Positions 13,925 to 28,250 of a stretch of 63,881 bases of DNA are shown here, in pieces. The stretch lies in NCBI RefSeq assembly GCF_001194135.2, contig NC_068989.1:94252659-94316539 (forward strand), read 5' to 3'. The position numbers and the translations under genes are program-made. Below the pieces are notes generated by a model. It worked only from the letters and a program-made list of their open reading frames with translations. It was not told where the DNA came from and ran no database searches. This DNA is from Octopus bimaculoides. Lineage: Eukaryota. The number at the start of each line of letters is the position of its first letter. Position 1 is the stretch's first letter.

Positions 13925-14100
13925 ATCCCCTCCCTGGAGTAATCTGTAGACAACAAATTAGACTGGAGTGCCCTGATACGCAAAAAGTCGACCTGGCTCA
14001 GCGTCCATGCTCCAAGATCTTCATGACTATTATCCTTCTCTATTCAACTCTCAACCCTTCTCATATCGAATACTATTTGCCGCTGTGGTCTCCCAACAAG
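13925..14100 (+). mobile_element. CR1-type RT fragment (decayed)
   Basis: With frameshifts it reads GVI(V)DNKLDWS and LYSTLNPSHIEYYLPLWSP, matching the LGVxxDxxLxW and LYxxLxRPHLEYxxxxWSP motifs. Confidence 0.6.
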
Positions 14101-14153
<53 letters not shown>

Positions 14154-14638
14154 TATGTTGATATTTTGCAGATTGAATGTTGAAGTCTTTGTGGGTCCCG
14201 CCATTTGCATTTGAAATTAAGGCGTGCCCTCATTCACCGAGTTCAATACGGGAGACAATAAATTTAATGTTGTAAAAATTTCATTTCAACATTTGAGTTG
14301 AGTGAACTATTGCAATTGCAGAACGTGTTCCCAGAAAATGGTTTCGATTATTTCTTGTCAAAATCTTTATAGATCTAGTGTGACTTTGAAGCTGCATCTT
14401 TCAAGTGAAATACACCTTCAAAGATTATGATTTCGTATTTTGAAAATAGCAAAGAATATTGATTCATACGAAAAGTGTTTATTGAATCCATGACATCAAG
14501 TCCATGTGAAGGGTACTTATGTATGAGTGTGTGCGTGTTTGTGCGAGTATACACACACACATACATCTATATATCTATATACATATATATAAACATATAT
14601 ATATATTTACATACATACATAAATACATATATGTATGC

Positions 14639-14696
<58 letters not shown>

Positions 14697-14789
14697 TAAT
14701 TTAGATATCTTCGATATGTTTCGGTCAGAGTTTGGGCTAGGTCATGCCTAACGTAATAGTTCCACTTGGTAGGAACTGTTAAGTAAATT

Positions 14790-15010
14790 TTAAGCAAAGT
14801 CTTGAAGTATCATGGTCCATTCAAGTAGGGAGATGTTGACTGAGATGTATCCAGGTATAGGTGGCTTATCCGGTGTCTCTTCAAGAAATTCGTCCAAGTT
14901 TGCTTTCAAGGTGATGTAGTTTGCGATACTGTTATTTAGAGCAGGGTCTGTTGAGAAATTGAGCTGCAGTGAATTTATCTATTGTAAGCCCAGAAGCCTG
15001 AATTTGCATG
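14790..15010 (-). mobile_element. CR1-type LINE 3' end (decayed)
   Basis: Minus strand reads GPALNNS..LKANLDEFLEETPDKPPIPGY..ISLLEW, the same motif class as bases 3-152. Confidence 0.6.
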
Positions 15011-15060
15011 GGGGCAGGTGGGGGGGGGGTATGACACGTGGCCTCCGCCTTGGAAGAATT

Positions 15061-15143
<83 letters not shown>

Positions 15144-15199
15144 TCTCATAAATATTGTGTTTTTTTCACCTGCATGAACTAAAAGTCAGAGGGAGACGA

Positions 15200-16380
15200 G
15201 ATAAATTACCTGCATCAACTTGCTATAAAAGCAGGTAGTAATTCTACCTTGTTCTTATTCTTAGTGCAAGTTTTGAGGAAAGTAGTTCGATTTTAACAGT
15301 TAATTTTTGAAAGCTATAATGGAAGTGACAAAGGAAGTTATTCGGCTTGTTTTGCCCTTTAAATTCAATAAATGCAACAACGCAACGAAAGTGCGAGGAA
15401 TATTAATGGAGTATGTAGGAATCAGACTATAAGAGTAAGCCAGAGTAAATAGTGGTTCCAGAAATTTTGAGCCGGAAACTACAGCCTAGAAGACGAGCCT
15501 CGTCCTGAAAGATCTGTAGCGCTCGAAGAGGACGTCCTTCATACTCTGGTGGAACAAAATCCCATCGTAACTGTTGAGGAACTAGCAATAAAGCTTGGAT
15601 TTGGTCATTCAACTGTTCATCGTCATATACGTGCCATTGGAAAATTCAGCAAATTGGGTTAATAGGTTCCTCACAAACTTTCCGAGTGAATATCTGCTCT
15701 TCCTTACTGTCACGTCTCACGAATGAACCATTTTTGGACCGAATAGTGACTGGTGATGAGAAATGGGTTCTCTATAAAAATGTCAAGTGCCGAAGATAGT
15801 GAGTAGGGAAAGGAGAAACACCGGAACCCCAGGCTAAAGAAGGTCTTCACCGACGTAAGGCGTTGGTATGTGTTTGGTGGGATACGAAAGGTTTAGTCTA
15901 CTTTGAACTTGTAAATCCAAGGCAAACGAAAACAAAGGAGATCTACTGCGACAAGCTTGAGAGGCTTAAATCAGCGCTAGAAGAAAACGTCCAGTTTTTG
16001 GTTTCAAGACGAAAGGTTTTCTTACATCGGGATAATACTCAGCCACATATAGCAAGGATGACATTCCAAAGGCTGGAGCAGTTTGAATAGGAAACGATAC
16101 CTCACCCACACTGCCCCATTTGATTATCATTTATTCCACAGTCTTCAAAACCATTTAGACGGGAAAAATATGAATTCTATAAACGAGATCAGAACAGTAC
16201 TGGAGGAGCATTTTTCGTCACGGACAAGTGAATTTTAGAAGAGTGACCATGCATGTGTACCAGATAGATGTAAGAGCATTGTAGAAAAGGAAGGAGAGTA
16301 TATTTTAGATGAAAAACGAACTTTGTTTATTTTAATTCTGAAAAATAAAAGAAGTATAAGAAACCGCATTATTTATGGAA
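15200..16380 (+). mobile_element. Mariner (DD34D) transposon with pseudogenised transposase
   Basis: From the ATG at 15319: WFQKF..LEDEPR, VPHKL, RIVTGDEKWVLY, VCVWWD, LHRDNTQPH, PHP..PFDYHLF. Many stops and frameshifts, YSPDL deleted. A right TIR-like ccgcattatttatggaaaata is present; the left TIR was not recognised. Confidence 0.9.
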
Positions 16381-17216
16381 AATATATATGTATATATTGT
16401 TGACATGAGAGCAGCCTGCGACTTTCTCTTTCGAAAAGAGTTTTTCAACCCGATATATTCGTGACATTATTTATAGCTGTATGTGACGTGACTCGAGAGT
16501 CGATATTGCAAAAAATAAACATACGCATATATAAATGTTTGTGCGTAAGTGTGCATAACTGTTTGCGTGTTTGCGCGCGCGCATGTATTAAATACATGAA
16601 TATATGTCACAATGCTCGAGCTGAAGAATAAGAACGTTTAATTATGAAAGCCCTTTCGAAACAGACGCTATCAGACATGTGTTGCGTTGGATATCCAAAG
16701 ATATCTATAAATACGTTCGTTTCCGCAGACAAACGTCTATAATCATATTAGCATAGCGCGTGTGTATTCTCACATGGACAGATACGTTTCCGGTCGCACA
16801 CAACACACACACACGTTTATATTAAACTTAGTAGCCATCGACAATCGCAGACATAAATGACAATATATTCAATATATAGAAATATTAATACGTGTTCGCA
16901 GGATGTGTCACAGAAATTTTAAAAAATAGAACAAAACATCAGTCAGAGACGAGAAAATGAGTGGGTAGTATTATGGGAACATCAGTAAGTAGAATGCGTA
17001 ATTAGAAAGTAAATATTTTTAATTAGATATTTGGTGTCTACTTATATAGATTCATTCTCTGATAGTGCAAATGGTAATTAACAGATGCACCGCTTGAATT
17101 AGTATGTCGGTAGTGTATTATTTTCTATAAAATTATTTCATGTACACACACACGTGAAAATACAAATGCCACACATGCAATAGCGCACATCACACACACT
17201 CGCACACACACACACG

Positions 17217-17267
<51 letters not shown>

Positions 17268-19540
17268 GCACATCCATACGCATATACATATGTATACATA
17301 TACATATATATATATGACATATACAGGCAGCATGGAAGCAAGACTCGAACTGAAACTAGTAAAACAATAACAGAATCTATATATGTGTGTGTGTATGTAT
17401 ATATATATATATATATTAGTTGAATGTTAGTATTATATATTCGCATGTGTGAGTAGACATGTCTATATGTGCAAAATAAAGTTGGATTTGGCAGGCAACA
17501 ATTTGTGTTCTAAGTGAAAACGACACGAACTATATACTTGTATATCAAAATAGAATGATATATGTATATGCTAATTTCTCTTCATCTCTTTCTCATTCAT
17601 TCTTCCTATGTATCTATTTGTATATATGTCCAAAGGTATACTGTCACACGCACGCAAACATATAAAAACACACATACATACATATATTTATGTGTGTGTG
17701 TGTGTGTGTGTGGGTGTGTGTGGGTGTGGGTGTGGGTGTGGGTGTGTGGTTCTATCTATATACGTGTATGTATGTATATTTAATTTATGCTTTCGTCATT
17801 GAATGTGTTTGTAATTTCCTCCTGCGAAACTGTATTACGTATACTAATTACAAATTATTTTGTCTCGTAGTAATTAGATCTAGCGTCATGCTTAGTCGAT
17901 ATCGCGCATATTTCATGATTCTTGCAACCGGCGTCTTGGCGTCATCATATGACCTACATTAACACATTTGAGTACAACTGACATAGCAATTTGATCCGTT
18001 CAATGCAAGAGTGCATGAAAAGATGTGAAGTCTTACAGACAATAATTACCGAGACACAATTCTGGCCATTTTTTTCCTTTACAAGTATTGGTTTACTGAT
18101 TCTTGAGTTAATATAAACTTTCTAAGTAGTGAAACGAATAGTCTTTCCCATTATTTTACCAAATGTTTTATTTTTATCATTTGTTCACTGGTGTATCCAA
18201 TAACTCCTTCAAGCATAAAGTGCTGTATTTTCATCGCTTTGCTGTTTTAAAATATAACAAACATAACATATTTAAATATAGCCATAAATTTAATCGTTTA
18301 AATAAAAACCAATACTATAATAATACGTACAAGTGTTTACTGTTGCAGTTAATAATCAAAGTCGATTGGATGCCAGAAGTAAATGTGTAGATTTAGTCCT
18401 TTTATAGACTATTACACATACTGTTCTGTGTCATGTAAATCACCCGTTCATTTAACACTCCAACTTAGAAATAAACGAGCTCCCGTTGCACTGTAGTTAA
18501 TTCGTATTTCGTTTCGTACTTCCACATAGAATGAGTTCGAAGAGGAATGCTCGAAGAGAAAGTTTCATTCAGGCGTTGTTTCATACAAAGAATTAAGTTA
18601 TACACTACTGCCTTTTACAAAGACAAATAAATTTTCATTTCACTACAATAACGAAAATTTTAAGAAGACAAAACTGTGCGTGTCTTTTAGAATTTAGACC
18701 AATTTATAATTTTCTGTGAAATATACCGAAGCCTTTTTGCATACACCCATATACATTCGTGTGCGTGTGTGTGTATGTGTGAGTGTGTGTGTGGTGTGTG
18801 TGTGTGTGTGTGTCTGTGTGTGTCTGTTTGTGTACATATACATAAACACACAGCAGAAACAATTGACATCAGTTTACAGCATCGAATTTATATATTTAAA
18901 TATAACTGCAGTGTTGGTACAATCGTATTATTAGAATAGAGTGTATCATAGATATAACGGAGCAACAAGTTGTGCAGATAGACAACTCTTACGGCTGTTT
19001 CCAGAACATATGGTGCATATTTGCGCATATGGTGCATACTTGTGCGGACGAATATAAAATTTCCATGTCGTAGCGGACTATTCCATCTTCAGAGAGGAAA
19101 AAAAAAATGACGTAGATACTTAGCAGAGAATTTTAGTAGTAAGCAGTCCCATCATCGACGAAAAAGATAAATCGTGAGTGGAAACTTTGTAGGATATAAA
19201 GAGCAGTATACATAAAGATAAGGTAATGAATACATGATGGTAGATAGAGATTAGATCACATTACAAGTGATAGACATATATAAATTAAGAGCCAGGGGAA
19301 AAAATATTTGTATAAGGAATAGGGAATACATATGTACATGCATGCGCATATACATAAAGGGAGATGAGGGAGAAACCGGGAGATATGATGCGACCATTTA
19401 AAGCTACAAAATGAAATTCAACTGAATGATACTCCTAACTTATATTTGCCTTTTACTCTTTCATTACCGTAGCTAGATGTCATGATATCGCTTCGTTGCT
19501 TGTGTATACTTAACTCCCCCGCTCTTTTCCTCTCTCTCTT

Positions 19541-19588
<48 letters not shown>

Positions 19589-19600
19589 GTGTGTGTGTGT

Positions 19601-20050
19601 GTGATTAGAAGATTGGTTACCAGTCACATGGTTCCGGGTTCAGTCAAACTGTGTGGCACATTGGACAAGTGTCTTCTACTATAGCTTCGGGGTGATCAAA
19701 GATATGTGAGTAGATTTTGTAAATGGAAATGGAAACTGAAGTCCGTCGTCTGTATATATATATATATATATATATACATACATACATACATACATACATA
19801 CATACATACATAGAGACAGACATACATACACATATAAATATATAAATATAAGTATGTATGTATGCATATATGTATGTATATGCACCAGTGTTGGTGTGTT
19901 TAAATTACCATATTGTTGCGGTTCCTCAAAAGGTCAGTATTGAATAACTTCTCGGCTTCAAAACAATAAGTGGATTTGTTCGACTAAAATTTTTCAAAGC
20001 AGGAACCCATAAGGGCCGCTGTTTAATGACTGAAAGAGGTTAAAGATAGA
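19601..20050 (+). mobile_element. SINE family 2 (tRNA head, CORE-like segment, internal microsatellite, LINE-like tail), decayed
   Basis: B box ggttcagtc, CORE-like cattggacaagtgtctt, internal (TA)n/(CATA)n at about 19750-19880, and a 3' half homologous to 10700-10882. Confidence 0.7.
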
Positions 20051-22178
20051 TAACAGATACTTACTCATAGAAGGGAGATAGCGAACTGATGAAGAAATCA
20101 AAAATGAATATCTAATTTACGTGTAATGCATTAAAACAGCGTCGGTAGAAAAACGTGAGATCGTTTCAGATTTTTGTTGCAGTGTAATCCCTTAAAGTGT
20201 TTCAGAACTTTAATAATATAAATCTCTATAGAAGGCAAAATACTCTGCTAAAAATCCTTGATTTTAATTGTATACAACAATTTAGTAGTTTCTGTAATTA
20301 ACAATTGTGTTTATTATAAAATATAGAATTTCATTTTCTTGGCACAACCCCTACTGTTTCTTCTACATAGAATAAAAACATATTCAATTGCGATAGCTTG
20401 TTTTGATGGTGCAATGAGTAGAGATATAAAATCACATATGAAACTAGATATTGTCACACTTGCCTTTCTTATAATTTAAAGATGTATGCCTCGGAGATAT
20501 TTTGCATCAACATAATCTGAATGCATCTCATTTACATTTTGATTAATAACTTTGCAGGAGTTTTAAAAAATCTAAAGCAATTTACAAATGTGTGAAAACA
20601 TAAATTGGTTTTGCACATTGAAAAACGATTTTTCATTGCAAATTCCGTCTTCAGCTCGAAACTTTAGTGAGTTCCTGCCTTCAATGTAATTTAGGGATTT
20701 GTTTGATATTTCTTAAAAAAGTCAGAGAGTTGTGTCCATCAAAGTAGACAAATGATATAATGTTTGACATGTAAAGCCCGAGTCTCCGGCTGCTACTAAA
20801 AGATATATTCTGAAAAAAATAACCTTTCCGAATAAACAATAAGAAATTATTTCAAGCTATTAGAATTATGTAACACTTCAAAAGTATTTCTTTTGTGTCA
20901 CTATGATGTATAACTGTGTGGAACGCTGCAGAGCACTTTCTTGTGAAATGCTACGACAGTTTACAAAAATGTGTTTCTATTTGCTGCCTTACTGTGCCTA
21001 ACGATAGAATTATTACGCAGTGTACATATTCTATCATAAATGTTTTCCTGTAAAAATGCTACGAAATTTTAGAAAGCTGCAACCTAATAGATACTACACC
21101 ACTATACAGATTAATAGTAAAACTGTACTGTATAAATATATTTTATATTATACTAAAATGTTCCCGTGAAACACTAAGACAGTTTATGAAGCCGCAAATC
21201 TAATACGTAGATGTTAGCTTTCCATAATTACTGACAGAAACAGTATGCCGTATAACATAAAATTCTGTATTAATAAAAATTCTTCCAATTTATAAAAACA
21301 ATCTTAATTTTATTGAGAATTTTCCAAATATTTAAAGTTATTTCTGTTCTGTCATAATCTGATCTGATTTTTCCTTACTGCCGCAAACCGGATTAGAGGT
21401 AAACATAAATATCAGCAATATTTCAAGATTAATAACATGATTGATAATTTGATAATGGTACTTATTGATATATCATACAACAAACCGGTCATATATATTG
21501 GCTCCTACACTGGGAATTAAATTCAATCTTCGAAAGGAAAATGTAATACAGTATGTAACAGTCACGTAGTAGAACTAAAGCTATTCATGGAAAATTGTCA
21601 GGAAGAGACACACGTATTGCTAATACTTAAATACTTAAGAATGTTATGTCTTAACTTAGAACATCGTCAGATTAGGTTCATATAATCCACAGAATATAAC
21701 TTATAAATAAACAAACTACACAGACGATGAATTAAGAACATTATAGAATGAAGCGAAGTGAATATAAAGAAACAACTAAAGCGGATTTGGCAATATATAA
21801 AATATAAATTCAATTTCGTATCCAATTATTGCACTTTATCCGGCAAGTGTACAATAATTTACTCCCGTCGATTTATTTGAAATGAGACAAACGAAGTCAT
21901 TGAGTGGCAAGCAAAGCAAAATTGAAGATGTCGTTAATTTGGGGAGTAAAATAAAATATTTTCACACGCATAAAACTGAGATACTCATGAATATTTGTAC
22001 AAATTGTAATATTAATAAAATACCATTACTAATAACAGAAAACTAATTACTGAAAAAATAATGTTTATACTTTGCATTCGCACACACACACGCACGCCCA
22101 CACACATACATACATATATACATACATGCAAGCATACATGCATAAATACATAATACATGCATACTTACATACATACAT

Positions 22179-22405
22179 GGGGCCCTGGGATATGTAACGC
22201 ACTGCCTAAATACCAATCTTGAGAAATTAAGCTTCCCAAAACCAAAAAGGAGAAAGCTAATTCGAAAACTACAGATCCAATCCTTCACTGGAACTGTAAA
22301 AATCTGTGAAACTTTCCAGAAGTTTATCATTTAAATATATATGAACATGTCTAGCTATGCAACTATATGCATGAGATTACATAAATAAAACATACAAATC
22401 TACAC
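22179..22405 (+). mobile_element. RLE-type non-LTR retrotransposon 3' end (family D) within a (CATA)n tract
   Basis: 22179-22334 reads GALGYVTHCLNTNLEKLSF..IRKLQIQSFTGTVKICETF*, the GALG..Q...GT..I motif that ends RLE ORFs. AATAAA in the 3' UTR and CATA repeats on both sides. Confidence 0.7.
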
Positions 22406-23821
22406 ATACATACATACATACATACATACATACATACATACATACATACACACATACATACATACAAACATACATAAAAAGATACCTTCTTGTTAATGTT
22501 GAAATTCTAATGACGCTGCCTTGAATCTAGGTTAGAAACCGGTTCTTTCTCTATCGGCAAAAACTCTTGAAATAAACGGAATAATGACATACATACATAT
22601 ATGAATGTGTATATATTCATATGAAATCTGTGATTCATGCAAATCTGATATCTCATATACCCCGATACATCTAACAGACCGGCGCATGTTTAGTGAAGGA
22701 AGAAAAAAACAAGTACACGAAATAAAAAGATTCCATATTCGATCGTACAAGAACGTTATTTTGAATGGCCGCTTACAGTAGATTAAATCGACCCAACAAG
22801 GCTGATGCTGATTTCTTTTCATGCGTGTGTTTGAGACAGAGATAAAGACTGATAAGGAGAGAGCGAGAGAGACAGGGAGGAAGTGGGAGAGTGGAGAAAC
22901 TGTCCTATATGATTATTTTATGCATATTTCTGTACAGGAGCGAAAAGTTGTTATAATTAAGGGTTTATAACACACTAAAATTGTGAGAATAAGGAATATG
23001 CTAATGAACCCACAATAACATTTGTTCTCATAGGAATTGACATGTTACAACCAATATAAATAACTATAAATAGCAAATTATTTAATTCATATTTCCTTTC
23101 AACAGGAAATTGTCTACTTCCTTTCAACTTGTAGGAGCTATTTGGTTTGTCTATTTCAAGAGGCAGAGTCTATTTTAATAGAATTATTCATTATCAATAA
23201 CAGTCTTTATCTTCACAATGCAAACTCTCACTTTCTACAATCATAAATATTTAGAAACTTGCCATTGTTATGATATCAATAGTTGCTCATTTAATACAAT
23301 CCATAGAATGCTTTCAAAAATTGTTAAAATTATATTTTCCGTAATCTGTATCGATATGGAGGTCTTCCACCGAAATAGCAAGTTCCTTATGGATTGGTAA
23401 ATAAAGAATATATTCATTCTATATACGGTGTCTAGAAAGTATCCTCGCTTTTATCATATTCAACAAAAGTGGAAGATATAATGAAAAAAACAAGATACTT
23501 AAAAGATGTGACAGAAATGTATTCAAGTGGAACGAACCAAGACGCGGAGTCTCAAGTTGAAGGCATTGACGCGCTTCCTTCTGCAACTCGAACATTTGCT
23601 AATGGCATTCAAGCCGATACCATATTCAGTTCTACAGACATGTTATTTTGAGTGAAATCTTCCAGTAGAAAACATCGACCCCACGAACTTGGTATTTATT
23701 AGATTTGCCTCTGAAGAATCGCAATTGACACCAGCACTTTTTGAAAAGAAAAGAATTAAAATTATAAACTAGATGGTTTCTTACTATCATGTGATAGGAT
23801 TTGCCATTCCACCATTTACGC

Positions 23822-24057
23822 CTGTGGTTCTCAACCATTTTTGTTTTACCTATGGACCCCTTTGATTCCCATTACAATAGCGTGGACCCTCTTGTAGCCA
23901 TTCGATGTTTATAAATAAATACAATAAAAAATTGTATTAGAATTATTGTCAGCTTATTTTGTGTGTTGTAGAAGTAGAATTTATCGCACAAATTTTAACA
24001 ACTAAATCTCATATGGTCCCCCAACGGTCATATGGAGCGCGGTTGAGAAGCACCACT
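23822..24057. mobile_element. hAT (Charlie-like) MITE
   Basis: Imperfect terminal inverted repeats ctgtggttctcaacc / ggttgagaagcaccact match the CAGTGGTTCTCAACC hAT terminus. No ORF; TSD not resolved. Confidence 0.65.
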
Positions 24058-26259
24058 TTAAATCAAAATTACATTTACATCATGTGACATAAAAATGCAC
24101 GTGTCAACAGCTCTCCTCTTGTTTCCAGTAAGATTTGAGAAGCAAGCATCAAACACTAGAGATTTACATTTATAACATAGAGGGTGACAGCGCTAAGAAG
24201 TGAATATTTATATAAAGCGAATGAACACTCATGTTAATAAGAAGTCGAAGAAATACAGCACAATTTTTATGATCGTTTCTCTTCTTTCTGTGACACCTCT
24301 GTTTCTAACAGCGTTGCACGTAAATGATTCTTAGTGAAATATTACACAATATGTGTTTGAATATATCATTTACAAGTATTGAAACGAATAACGAATTTCT
24401 GGTATGCCCTTTCGTCGCCGTTTTTATTATATATTACTCTTCGAAATTCCTACACAATGATTTTACTAGTGTGATACCTGTAAAATCTTGTGCAAGTGGA
24501 CTCCAATTGTTTCCATAGTTGTACATAGACAAAACGTCGTGTTGTCATATGTAAATAAATGTATGTAAGTACATATGTACGGTTGTGTTTGTGTCTGTGT
24601 ATTTGTACAAATATACGTTTGTATGCGTAACAAATTTTCAGGAACTTTGTTAACCTTCAATCGCCTTCATACTATCATGATTGGAAGACACTAACATAGA
24701 TGAATATAAAATAGAGAATAAACGAATGGAATAAATTCCTTATCAAAACACTTGTAATATAAAATACTGTAAAAGACAACTAAATCCCAAATTATTGACA
24801 TAATCTCGGTGATGTAAATGCAAAGCAAGTGAATAGCATTTTTCACACATCAAATGCTTATCGCTTGGAATAATTCAATATAAACCTGTAACTATTGAAG
24901 AAACCTTAGTTATAGAAAGAAGTGAAAATAATATTATCCCTAACCCCTATAAGTATTGTTATTTTAATTTAGTATAACAGACATATCGTTACGAAAATGC
25001 ATTGCAGCACGTGATGTTGTTTAAAATTACATCTTGTGCTCCAAAGAAATTAGCGAAATTACAAACTTACATCTTTACTGCACCGCTGCCAAATAACCAA
25101 ACAATAGATAGCATTCTACAAGCGGAGGCTTGTATCTACTTCCCAATAAGATTGATGTTGTCCACATAATTCCATATGATATATGGCAACAAATCCACAA
25201 ACCGAAAAGCAGTAACTTAACTTTGACCTTAATTGAAACTAACTAACCCGTAAATCTTTGGTCACTTGCAGCCAAGAGATCTTCCCACATAGTCGCAAAA
25301 TTTCACTGTCCCAAGCAGTAGTTAATACTTTTCACTAATCTATTCCAGGCATTATATTGTTGCTCCCCATTTATCATTAACTTTTTTTTTATTCTCCCAA
25401 ATCACACCAATCTTACTTACAGCCCCACCGTACCAAAGAAATTGACCAGACAACGCCTTATACCCCACGGTAAGAGAAATCTTACTGAGCGTCCAACGTA
25501 AGGGTGCAACGAGAATGAAAACTATCAGTCAATGTTGTGGAAGTGTAGATATAATGGTTGTATGACGATATGTCCAATTAAACACTCAATGCGGTAGACC
25601 AGCATAGCCTCAGTGCCATATCTGATATAAGTAAGGGAGAAAAGTTATATATAACATCATGTTGAGAGTCTTTTGAGATTCTTCGAGATTGTTGCCCTTC
25701 AAATGACCACGTGGTTCTTCTCTGGTCGCCTTTGTCTCATTTAATGCTTGAGAACTGTGAGCATCAGAATTATTTTGTATAACGAATGAGAAAAGTTATC
25801 CATTTAGATTTGGAATTTGAACATAAAATGTCCAACTCAAACTTTAAAAATATTTGATATGTATTGAAACAATTTATATTCAAAACTTCCAAGAAGAAAA
25901 CACACAAACTGCAAAGATAGCATTGCTGTAAGGATTGCAAGTAATTATTACACAAAATATCGCGCGAAATATTTTATTTCAATAACATAGTAACTTTTGA
26001 AAAGAACTAAAATAGAGGCAGCAAGGCACAAACAATACAAAATCTACTCATGCAATTTAAAATCAAATAAATAATATCTATTTATATTTCAAAGGATAAT
26101 AAAAGCAACACTTGCTGGCATAAGATTAATGATGTGTGTCGGAGAGCGAGTTTAATGTCCGCATGTAACGACGCCAATGTAATATCTGCGTTAGTATTAG
26201 TGGCATCTCACAGGGTTAACTTCCAACAGAATCTCCCTTGTCGTATAGCAAGGGTCGAT

Positions 26260-28250
26260 TAAAATCAAAACAAGAATATGCAGAACTATTGGATCAAAGA
26301 AAAAATACCTTCGGTTTTTACGCGCATATACATCCATAATGTTATCTAACTCACAACAGCGCGGTAAAAGAGACGTGGGAGCTTTGGGAAAAAACACGAA
26401 ACGCAGATGTAAGTAAAAGAGTGTACGCCACCGAAATACACACATTCGTTATAAACAATAAAAAAAAGGATCTAAGGAAGAGAAAAAGAATTACTCATGC
26501 ACACACACCAACTAAAATTAAACAGAACAACCGACCACTCACATGAAATTTAATCTAAAAATACAATGAAAGCAGCACAGAAGAATCCATTGTAGAAAAA
26601 AGCGTGTTTCCAGAAGAAGGATGATGTAACCTAACACACAGAGAAAGAACATGGCATCATAGCAAAGCAAAAAGAAAGTCAATGGAAAACAAACCCCAAA
26701 ATGAAGACAGGAGTAGAATCAATCATTTATCCAGCCATAACTAAAATATGGTCCCATACCATACTTAAGAATAAACTGTAAAATCACAAATGTTGACATA
26801 TTGAGATATTTACCTGAAACAACACGCAACAGAGATACAGAGATCATAAGAGAATCTATGAATAGAGACCAAAAGAAATCGTTGCTGGATGTGCTAAGAA
26901 ATAAATATCTCCCAGACTATGTACGTGATTATGCAGTCATACAAAGACAAAATCTATCTTAATTTCAGCTTAGCAAATGGGTGAATGATTTTTGTAGCCC
27001 AGGTGTTATCTAGTTTTCTTGACTTTGAGAAGGTAAATCACTTCTCAAATAAAAACTATTCAGTGGTGAAAATATATGAAACTTAAATGGAAAGGCACAT
27101 CTGAACAAAATTAATATGGGAGAGGCGATAATTTGAAAATGTAAAGATACACAGAAGCAAATTTAAAATATATATATATTAGAATTAACGTATACTTAAA
27201 GAAATCTTATTAAGAAGCTTTTGTCGTGTTTGACGCAAAAACGTTGACGCTTCTGTCAAGTGAATATGATTTGAAATAAATATGAAATCCTTTTATTTTG
27301 GCGATAATAGAAGCAGCTACATACTGAAAGAAACATTCACATCAACCAAAGTGCATTAATACAATAAGAAAATATGAACGTATACATTGAGAATAACCAA
27401 ACTGTAGATTGCATTATAAGATAAAGAGTTCTAAGTAGAATAAAACCATAATCAACGTAGCACACAGGGCTGGTTGTGTACTTATGAATATATCATGACA
27501 AACAATATGCCCACCATTAGCGACGTATTCAACAACATGCTACAGACTCTCAGCAACTGGGAAATTCGCAGAATTGAAAGATTCCACAAATTTCTGCTGA
27601 AAACACCTATCTAAAAGCGATAATCTGTACTAACAGCATTCAATTGATTTAAACAGATGATGATTTACGACTGAAATATGAACACAGTTTGGAAACTAGA
27701 CTACTAAAAATACTAAAATATAATCAAATCTGGGTCTATGCCTAGTTCGTGTGCAGCATATTAAAACTGTACACATAAAGTGCTGGATAATCATCTGGAA
27801 TAGCAGCTCTTGATGAACTGGGTAATTATTGAATATTAAAAACAAATAAAGAAAAAATCGTGTGAATTCATACAATGATTAAAGAAAACCATGCCATAGT
27901 TATAGCACACAATTGATGAAAATAAATCAGTGTAAATAGTAGCATCATTATAGAAACATGTCGCAGTAGCGTAAAAGTCTGCACACTCCTGTAGTGAACA
28001 ATGCTCATATGCATACGAAACATGGAGATGTGTTAGATTAAGCGCGAAATAAAGTGATGGGAATGATATTCAAAAAAAGGTTTACTTACAAGGCTGAATG
28101 TAAGAAGACCCATTATAAATGCCGTAACAATCAGAAAGCCGAAAGCTTGAAACAACGAAACACAGAAAATAGAAATGTTTTTGAAAATAATTCTTAAAGA
28201 ATCGACCTTAAAAAGTTTATTTGCTTTTTGAAAAAGTACATTTGGAGGAG
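26260..28250 (+). mobile_element. Old, heavily decayed R4/Dong-like element
   Basis: A-rich sense strand. Residual WIKE.KYLRFLRAY and CYLTHNSAVKETWELW at 26290-26400 resemble the R4/Dong N-terminal domain, and LI*TDDDLRL at about 27643-27675 resembles the YMDD region. Confidence 0.4.

Noticed and set aside
25423-25469. Candidate 47-bp plus-strand exon with good splice signals
   Set aside because: No recognisable protein or linked exons. Such signals arise by chance in 64 kb.
26249-26408. AG/GT-bounded open segment ending ..QQRGKRDVGALGKNTKRR, resembling a neuropeptide precursor exon
   Set aside because: No signal peptide or partner exons were found. The same bases are better explained, with frameshifts, as an R4/Dong N-terminal relic.
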